From IMG/VR virus record IMGVR_UViG_3300012979_000003, positions 36,254-100,253 of that record: DNA of 64,000 nt; one strand, given 5' to 3'. This document shows, in pieces, positions 58,251-64,000 of this stretch. Both the position numbers and the translations under genes were made by a program. The DNA comes from a virus (Duplodnaviria > Caudoviricetes). A model generated the notes under the pieces. It saw only the letters and a program-made list of their open reading frames with translations, was not told where the DNA came from and made no database searches. Positions within the stretch are counted from its first letter, which is position 1. Every line of letters starts with the position of its first letter.

Positions 58251-60011
58251 TTATTTGCTGTACGAACTCATGTCGGCATACTTGGCAATACGCTCAAGGT
58301 TGCTGTTATAGAACGGGGCAAGCTTCTTTACGATGTCCTTAGCGATGGACTCTGAGTTACTGTACTGCTTTGAGATTGTATCGAGGATCAATGATCCGTT
58401 AATGTTGCAGTCAGTAAGGTATTTCAGCTTACGTTCCAGCTTAGTTCCATTACAGATCGCATCGATTACTGTACTGGGAACATTTGCGAGTTGTTCGTAC
58501 CCTTGTTCGGTTTGGTATTTGTCAATTTCTTCTTCGGTGAACTTTACGTTTGACTTTCCTGCAGCAAGGTTCTTTCCTGCAATGTAGCGCAAGTGGCTTG
58601 CATACAGTACTTTGATGATATTTGATACCTCTTCGTCAGTATAGTTCGTGAAGGTATAGTTGGGACCAAGAATTGCATGAGCGGTCAACAAGTTGTTATA
58701 GGTATTGGTAATACCCCACACTCTACCACTGGCACCGGCTAATGAAAGCGGACGTGCTTCATTCTTGTACAACTTTTCAAACATAACTGCCAGAATCTGA
58801 GAAGGTGAGTCTTTCTCAAGACCAAATGCCTTTCTTGCCCATTCGATTCCGTTGTAGATGTTCACAGTCATCTGATCCTTACCTTCCTTCTTTGTCTGCT
58901 TGGTACCGGGTTGCGACAAAATGGCGCGAAGGATCTTCAGCTTTTCTTCAAGTGGAAGTGCTGCATCAGGTTCAGGGAACGTCTTCTCTTCACTCTTTGC
59001 TACTTCCTTTGCAACTTCCTCTACGGCAGTTACATCAGCGTCAATTGACTCTTTTACATCTTCAGGGATGTCGAATTCGAGACGCATCTGACCGTCATTA
59101 CCACGAGGCAATGCGCGTGCAGTTACGCCCCAACAGTCTTCCAACAATGTTACAAGTACAGGACCAACTTTGTCGTCAAGTCTTACGCCAAGGATTTCCT
59201 CACCTTCCTTCATAATCTGATTATGCAGGAACAGGCAATTCATTGCCATACCTTCGTTGAAAATCTTTGCGTATGCTGCACGTTGCTCTGCTGGAATATC
59301 TGCAGTCTTATCGAGATACTCTGACTTAATCATACCCAAGAACTCAACCTGCTTGTCGGCAGACATTCGGTCTCCCTTCAAGGTTTCGTGGATGGCTGCA
59401 GAGATGTTGCGAATCTTGGTTTGTTTCGGGTCAATGATCTCTGCCGTCTTGGTAGTTTCAACTTTCTTTGAATCCATCGGCTTCTTGGTTTCTTCAGTCT
59501 TAGTTTCAGTTTTTGTCTCTTCGACAACAACTGCTTCCTCGATGTTAGCATTTTTGTCAACTTTCTTTTCAGGTTCTTTTTCAGACTCCTTCTTGGCTTC
59601 CTTCTTAGCCTCTTTAGCAGCTTTCTTTTCTGCCTTCTTGGCTTCATATTCAGCCTTCTGACGAGCCTTCTTTTCTTCCTTAGTCTCCTTCTTTGTTTCT
59701 TTTTCAGGAGCCTTGTCGGCAGGCTTGTCTTCGGGGCTAGTGCCAATGCCAAGTTGGTGATCTACGGCAGCTTCTGCGGGTTTTTCCTGTTCAGCAGGTT
59801 TTTCTGCGGGAGCTGTCTCCTCAGTCTTTGTGTTATCTACTTGAGCCTGAGCTTCAGCTTTAGCAGCCTCCTCATTCTCTTTCTTTGCGATTTCTTCAGA
59901 GCTGAGTGTTTCTGTGCTCTTAGCAGCCTCAGTAGTTTTTACTGTTGCTTTCTTAGCAGACTTCTGAGCAAGTGTCTGCAATGCTCTTTCTTTATGTTTA
60001 TTCTTTGCCAT
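58251..60011 (-). CDS. Large hypothetical protein with K/E/A-rich disordered N-terminus
   Basis: MAKNKHK start; EAKKAEKKAAKEAKKEAKKE low-complexity region then a globular C-terminal half. Confidence 0.8.
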   Translation of the reverse strand: MAKNKHKERALQTLAQKSAKKATVKTTEAAKSTETLSSEEIAKKENEEAAKAEAQAQVDNTKTEETAPAEKPAEQEKPAEAAVDHQLGIGTSPEDKPADKAPEKETKKETKEEKKARQKAEYEAKKAEKKAAKEAKKEAKKESEKEPEKKVDKNANIEEAVVVEETKTETKTEETKKPMDSKKVETTKTAEIIDPKQTKIRNISAAIHETLKGDRMSADKQVEFLGMIKSEYLDKTADIPAEQRAAYAKIFNEGMAMNCLFLHNQIMKEGEEILGVRLDDKVGPVLVTLLEDCWGVTARALPRGNDGQMRLEFDIPEDVKESIDADVTAVEEVAKEVAKSEEKTFPEPDAALPLEEKLKILRAILSQPGTKQTKKEGKDQMTVNIYNGIEWARKAFGLEKDSPSQILAVMFEKLYKNEARPLSLAGASGRVWGITNTYNNLLTAHAILGPNYTFTNYTDEEVSNIIKVLYASHLRYIAGKNLAAGKSNVKFTEEEIDKYQTEQGYEQLANVPSTVIDAICNGTKLERKLKYLTDCNINGSLILDTISKQYSNSESIAKDIVKKLAPFYNSNLERIAKYADMSSYSK

Positions 60012-60082
60012 TTTGATAATTTTTAAAAGTTTGATACTAGAATTCATAAAACCTAACTAACTCAGTAATACAGATTATAGGT

Positions 60083-60466
60083 TCATGAATCGTTTTGGAT
60101 TTCTGGTTCTAATGGGGGAAGAGCCCTTTCGGTATCAAATGCCACTGTGTCACGTAAGACCTGCTCCTGACCCGTATAATTTGTAAGAACCTCTATAGAG
60201 TCACATTTCGTTTCTCTTTCAAGAGGTTCTTCACTATACGTGGGAGACGCATCTTTTACCATTCGTGCGGCATCCACTACACTAACTCTCTCAGTTGCAA
60301 TCTGATTAAGCAAATACATTGTCTTAACATTAATTGCCCCTGCACCCACAAGAAGACCAATTGTCAACGCGAATGTAAGCCGAGCAAACATTCCACTGTC
60401 CTTGCAGCGTAAAGACGCCACATAGATTGCAAGTACTGCAATTACGAACAATACGTAATAGGTCAT
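60083..60466 (-). CDS. Membrane protein downstream of ECF sigma
   Basis: Two N-terminal hydrophobic helices. Confidence 0.7.
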   Translation of the reverse strand: MTYYVLFVIAVLAIYVASLRCKDSGMFARLTFALTIGLLVGAGAINVKTMYLLNQIATERVSVVDAARMVKDASPTYSEEPLERETKCDSIEVLTNYTGQEQVLRDTVAFDTERALPPLEPEIQNDS

Positions 60467-60482
60467 AATTTGTGAATATTGG

Positions 60483-61034
60483 TTAATTTACTGATTCGTA
60501 CATTTTGCGTAAGTGCTGTCTTGCTTTATTGAGGTCACTTTTTACGGTGATTTCATTAGAGCCAAGCAACTCAGCAATTTGTTTATACGATTTACCTTCG
60601 ATGCGGTAAGTAAGTACTTCTCTATACTTCTTTTTCATTCTTGGAATTAGTCCTAATACTATTTTGAGTTTTTCTGATGCTAACATGGCTTCTTCTGGGC
60701 CATTATCAGTTCCTCTAACCTGGATGAATGAATTATCGTCATCGATATAAGCATTGAGATTTTCTTTCTTAGTTCTCCTAATATAGTCTATTGCACTATT
60801 GGTAGCTATTGTTTTTAGCCACATTTTCAGAGAAATGTTATCAACGAAGGTTTCTCGTTTGTACCATGCTTTAGTAAACACGATAGATGTGATGTCGTCA
60901 GCAGCATCTTTGTTTTTTACGACAAAAAATGCTGCATTGTAGACGATATCTTTGTATTTGTGATAGAGCGTATTGAACGCTTTTTCACTGCCTTGTTTTA
61001 CTTGCTCTATTAAAGTTTTTTCATTATCTTCCAT
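60483..61034 (-). CDS. ECF-type sigma-70 family RNA polymerase sigma factor
   Basis: AFNTLYHKY, DAADDITSIVFTKAW, LKMWLKTIATNSAIDYIRR (region 2); GKSYKQIAELLGSNEITVKSDLNKARQHL (region 4). Confidence 0.9.
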   Translation of the reverse strand: MEDNEKTLIEQVKQGSEKAFNTLYHKYKDIVYNAAFFVVKNKDAADDITSIVFTKAWYKRETFVDNISLKMWLKTIATNSAIDYIRRTKKENLNAYIDDDNSFIQVRGTDNGPEEAMLASEKLKIVLGLIPRMKKKYREVLTYRIEGKSYKQIAELLGSNEITVKSDLNKARQHLRKMYESVN

Positions 61035-61051
61035 ATCACAAGTATTTATAG

Positions 61052-61083
61052 TACACAGAGAGGGAGTCGAACCCTCTCCATGT
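61052..61083 (-). ncRNA. tRNA minihelix (12-bp stem capped by T-loop)
   Basis: ACAUGGAGAGGG-UUCGACU-CCCUCUCUGUGU-A, between the upstream stop codon and the sigma start. Confidence 0.6.
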
Positions 61084-61502
61084 TAGAACGGTAATTTAAC
61101 TATTTCTGACAGATAATAATCAATTACTGCCCGTTTCCTTGACCAATATATTTCGTTTACCCAGAATTCCCAATCAATTTTATCGGTTTCTTTTATTGGT
61201 AACGCTTTTAATTTGGTAGTAAATATTCGTTTCTTTACCAGTTCTGTAGTACAATCCGTCTTATTTTTCCAAAGAAGGTTGTTTATCATCAGTTGGAAAA
61301 CATTTTTGTTTAACCAACTCGCCATTTGTTGAACTTCTTCTACACAAGCAAGACCATTTTCATACCATGCTGTAGGAATTACATTCATATCATTGTAGAC
61401 TGATGTAAATTCTACTACATTTTTTCCGTTGACTTTGATATCATTTACGAAATAATGTTCGGTATTTTGCATTCTGCTGTTGAGTTTCATAAACAAATCC
61501 AT
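61083..61502 (-). CDS. Hypothetical protein
   Basis: 139-aa ORF. Confidence 0.7.
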   Translation of the reverse strand: MDLFMKLNSRMQNTEHYFVNDIKVNGKNVVEFTSVYNDMNVIPTAWYENGLACVEEVQQMASWLNKNVFQLMINNLLWKNKTDCTTELVKKRIFTTKLKALPIKETDKIDWEFWVNEIYWSRKRAVIDYYLSEIVKLPF

Positions 61503-61503
61503 A

Positions 61504-61674
61504 TCATCCGATATTTAAATATTGTCGTACTTCCTCAATAATGCTGTTATGCATACCAATTGGTTGCTTTTCTTTGAGTAATAAATACTCTCTGAATCTT
61601 TGGTCGTTGCCTGAAGTGGCCAACATTTCCCTATAAACTTTTGATAGTCTTGGGATTTTACTTTTCTTGCTCAT
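61504..61674 (-). CDS. Small hypothetical protein (56 aa; not in ORF track)
   Basis: MSKKSKIPRLSKVYREML...YLNIG-TGA fills the gap between neighbours. Confidence 0.55.
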   Translation of the reverse strand: MSKKSKIPRLSKVYREMLATSGNDQRFREYLLLKEKQPIGMHNSIIEEVRQYLNIG

Positions 61675-61882
61675 CTTTGTACAAATTGTTTGCCAGAGTG
61701 ATTGCAGTAGTTACATCTACATACTGTGACATTTTCTCTTGAAACTCAAACTTGTCTGCGCAAGATGCTTTAACCATCTCTACATACTTTTTACTGTTTT
61801 TGTTTTTAAAGAATGCCCAATTTCTGATTTCTATGCTGAAATCATCTGGAGTTAATTCTTCGATTTTTGTTTTCATCGGCAA
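61658..61882 (-). CDS. Hypothetical protein
   Basis: ORF coupled to its neighbours. Confidence 0.6.
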   Translation of the reverse strand: MPMKTKIEELTPDDFSIEIRNWAFFKNKNSKKYVEMVKASCADKFEFQEKMSQYVDVTTAITLANNLYKDEQEK

Positions 61883-62175
61883 TTGAATTCGTAAGTTTCG
61901 ATTTTTTCAATAATTTGTTTCCAGAACGCTCTAGATTTCTTGGAATTTGGAGCTACTGTGTAAGTTAGGTGATATTTGTAGCGAAGGATATCGTGACATA
62001 CCAACCAAGTTTTACCTGCTTTCCAGTTATTACCACGTTTCTTTTTTGGGATTGCTGCATAAACAGCTTCAATGAAGTCATTCTTGCATTTTTCTTTTAC
62101 AATTACGACTTTCCATGATTCAGGAGTTCTATCCCAAATCAAACCTCTTAATCCTGTTGATGATAGTGTTGCCAT
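61873..62175 (-). CDS. Hypothetical protein
   Basis: 100-aa ORF. Confidence 0.65.
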   Translation of the reverse strand: MATLSSTGLRGLIWDRTPESWKVVIVKEKCKNDFIEAVYAAIPKKKRGNNWKAGKTWLVCHDILRYKYHLTYTVAPNSKKSRAFWKQIIEKIETYEFNCR

Positions 62176-62186
62176 AATGAGTTAAT

Positions 62187-62591
62187 TTAGAGACATTTTA
62201 CTTCAGTTCGATAATCCCGTGTGTCAAAATGCATCGTTACGTTGCAGTGTAAGTTTTTGAGTTCTGCGTAAGCACTAGCGGCACGGGGTTCTGATAGTTT
62301 TAACTCAAACGTTTCGGCATTGAAAACTAAATCTTTTGCTTCTTTGAGTGAACAATCTAGCAACCGTTTTACATACGCTACTATGTTTAATTTTGATGCG
62401 TCTTCCATTGGAGTTACTTTCAGAATATATTCTTTTGATTCTGATTCATTTCCGTTTTGAAACATTGTTTCAATCCACTGGAATTGTTGTTTTTCTGGCA
62501 AAATTGTCAGTGCGTTTACAATATTTTCTATTGAAAGCAAACCTTTACTTTGCAAGCCTAGTACTACTAATTCTAAGATTTCTTTTTTCAT
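62187..62591 (-). CDS. Protein with ribosomal protein L7/L12 C-terminal-like domain
   Basis: SKLNIVAYVKRLLDCSLKEAKDLV matches the bL12 CTD pattern K..VIK.V....GLKEAKDLV. Confidence 0.65.
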   Translation of the reverse strand: MKKEILELVVLGLQSKGLLSIENIVNALTILPEKQQFQWIETMFQNGNESESKEYILKVTPMEDASKLNIVAYVKRLLDCSLKEAKDLVFNAETFELKLSEPRAASAYAELKNLHCNVTMHFDTRDYRTEVKCL

Positions 62592-62602
62592 GCCACATAT
62601 AG

Positions 62603-62821
62603 TTATATTATTTTAGAAAAGTAATAACAGTAACATACAGATGTGTTGAAATTGCGCATCCAATCTGCTCTGGTTAAGGTGTCAGTAACTGGCACACAAC
62701 TCACTAGTAGGTAATCTTTGTACCTATTGCCAATATATTCAGCACTTAATAGGTGCGAACTTAGCACTCGTAGACTGTTTCCATCTTTGGATTTGTCTTC
62801 TTTGATTAATTGATTTTCCAT
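62603..62821 (-). CDS. Hypothetical protein
   Basis: 72-aa ORF downstream of a tRNA-like element. Confidence 0.5.
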   Translation of the reverse strand: MENQLIKEDKSKDGNSLRVLSSHLLSAEYIGNRYKDYLLVSCVPVTDTLTRADWMRNFNTSVCYCYYFSKII

Positions 62822-62851
62822 ATTTTTGATAATTTAGATGGTTATTTACTT

Positions 62852-62926
62852 TGGTGACAACAATTGGATTCGAACCAATAACTCAACTTAGTTGGGTTGT
62901 GATGTTACCATTACATCCATGTTGTC
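62852..62926 (-). tRNA. tRNA-like gene with encoded CCA and non-canonical anticodon arm (identity undetermined)
   Basis: GACAACA/UGUUGUC-A-CCA acceptor, GAUG/CAUC D arm, AUUGG-UUCGAAU-CCAAU T arm; anticodon region CAACCCAACUAAGUUGAGUU does not give a 7-nt U33 loop. Confidence 0.7.
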
Positions 62927-63071
62927 CCAGCTTTTTACGACATTAGCTTAGCCGTTGACTTACTGCATCACGCTGCGATGCAAGTGTAGTCAGTTACGAA
63001 AGTTTTGCCATTTAATTGGCGATAAGACCTATTCATTACATCTCACTACTAATCAAAACCAAAATACCCCC
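62927..63071 (-). ncRNA. ssrA: tmRNA coding piece (permuted two-piece tmRNA), tag (A)GKTFVTDYTCIAA
   Basis: Starts GGGGGUAUUUUGGUUUUGA. Resume context UUAAAU-GGC at 63009; tag ORF 63009-62968; H5-like stem around the stop; pk2-like ACGGC/GUCGU + AGCU/AGCU. Confidence 0.8.
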
Positions 63072-63186
63072 TTGTTTCTCCAAATCGCATATCCGTTGCC
63101 ACGGTATTTGGAGAAATGTTCTGCATCTTCGGATACTGGCTTTATTTTTGTATCTATCTGCGCGCTTGCCACTGCAAAATGCATAG

Positions 63187-63205
63187 TGGAGGTAGAGGGA
63201 TTCGT
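63187..63205 (-). ncRNA. ssrA: tmRNA acceptor piece, 3' exon (T-stem 3' strand, acceptor strand, discriminator)
   Basis: CGAAU-CCCUC-UACCUCC-A; UACCUCC pairs with GGGGGUA at 63071-63065 giving G3.U70 and A73. Confidence 0.75.
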
Positions 63206-63223
63206 CTTTGTATTACAACATTT

Positions 63224-63249
63224 GCAACCATATCCACTTATATACGTTA
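63224..63249 (+). promoter_or_regulatory. Putative ECF-type promoter GCAAC-N16-CGTTA for antisense HNH
   Basis: GCAAC-catatccacttatata-CGTTATA, 25 nt upstream of ATG 63275. Confidence 0.6.
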
Positions 63250-63274
63250 TATTTGTATGTTGAAAATTAATATT

Positions 63275-63880
63275 ATGCAAAAATACAAATGTGGTAGAAA
63301 GTTAGTCACGGTAATTTGTGATTACTGTGGATGTGAGGTTGAAAAACCGTTATCTGAAGTTAATAGAAATCGTAAATTAAATCGTCATTTGTTTTGTTCA
63401 CGATCGTGTGCGATGAAGTTTTTGAACAAAAATCGTACACAAGCAATGGATGAATATGCAAATTCGGAAAAGAATAAACAATTTTTAGCAAATCTCAATA
63501 ATACTTATTATGAGAGATATCCAGAAAAAGTGTTTTCTTATTTTTTACGTAACTGTAGAAAAAGGTATAAAGAGTGCACTTTAACTCTTCTCGATTTACA
63601 AGAGCAATGGGATAGGCAAAATGGTATTTGTCCGTATAGCGGGATAAAATTAAATATTCCAACGTATACTAAAAACCATAAAGATCCAATTCATAATGCT
63701 TCTGTAGATCGCATTGATAGTACTAAAGGATATGTTCCTGGAAATATTCAATTTGTTTCTACATGTATAAATTATATGAAAAACACAATGTCTGATTCAG
63801 ATACACGATTGATGTGTAAACATATCGCTGAATATTTCTATTCAGAAGGGACTATATCATCACCTTGCATTGCTGCTTAA
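63275..63880 (+). CDS. Intron-encoded HNH-type homing endonuclease, antisense to its intron
   Basis: CDYCG..FCSRSC zinc finger; CPYSG..NASVDRIDSTKGYVPGNIQFVSTCINYMKN. Confidence 0.85.
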   Translation: MQKYKCGRKLVTVICDYCGCEVEKPLSEVNRNRKLNRHLFCSRSCAMKFLNKNRTQAMDEYANSEKNKQFLANLNNTYYERYPEKVFSYFLRNCRKRYKECTLTLLDLQEQWDRQNGICPYSGIKLNIPTYTKNHKDPIHNASVDRIDSTKGYVPGNIQFVSTCINYMKNTMSDSDTRLMCKHIAEYFYSEGTISSPCIAA

Positions 63881-64000
63881 GGTGTCGGACGCTCTTGCTG
63901 GTTATTAAGGAAACTATATTCCTCCAGTAGTCTCTGCACTTTCTTAGAGTGTACTCTAAGCTTAGCTCAGGATTGGCATGTAAAAATGTCATTTCTGAGC

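Larger units (their letters stand above)
63206..64000 (-). mobile_element. Group I intron (5' part beyond window) inserted in the tmRNA T-loop
   Basis: On the - strand: GCCAAUCCUGAGC, R GUGCAGAGACUA, S GAUGAUAUAGUCC, P9 CUGAAUA-GAAA-UAUUCAG. The 3' junction is at G63206 or G63203. Confidence 0.8.

Noticed and set aside
62852-62926. Amber suppressor tRNA (CUA occurs in the anticodon region)
   Set aside because: CUA cannot be placed at positions 34-36 of a 7-nt loop with U33, and the arm is too short. Left as undetermined.
62955-63280. ORFs 62955-63263 (+) and 63053-63280 (-), and the 63116 start for the HNH
   Set aside because: They overlap the tmRNA pieces and splice junction; the HNH promoter lies downstream of 63116.
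1-64000. CRISPR array or diversity-generating retroelement
   Set aside because: No regularly spaced repeat-spacer array, reverse transcriptase or TR/VR pair was seen.

Overview
This is a 64-kb fragment of a crAss-like phage (order Crassvirales, Bacteroidota host inferred) with two convergent blocks. On the + strand (1-41539) lies the late/virion module: tail-fibre and BACON genes, a lysis cassette, ring/IHF/tubular/muzzle tail genes, and injected cargo proteins. The cargo includes a ~5370-aa virion RNA polymerase (DFDID motif) and a ~1750-aa polyvalent protein. From ~5385 onward these genes contain in-frame TAG codons that must be read as sense (most likely Gln, genetic code 15), so the supplied ORF track fragments them. 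On the - strand (41576-63200) lies the replication/early module: exonuclease, AAA ATPases, primase, SSB, DnaB, family-B DNA polymerase, an ECF sigma factor and an L7/L12-like protein. This module almost never uses TAG. The most unusual content is RNA. (1) A circularly permuted, two-piece tmRNA gene (tag GKTFVTDYTCIAA) whose acceptor piece is split by a group I intron carrying an antisense HNH gene. (2) Six tRNA-like elements that keep the acceptor and T arms but have remodelled or missing D/anticodon arms, each immediately upstream of a gene start (primase, PolB, sigma and others). (3) A ~2.1-kb hairpin-dense non-coding region containing two tRNA-Trp anticodon-arm mimics. (4) A second group I intron in the AAA ATPase gene. 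A G(G/C)AAC-N16-CGTTA promoter motif that fits the phage ECF sigma precedes both intron HNH genes and the holin. All calls were made by eye; no database searches were run.
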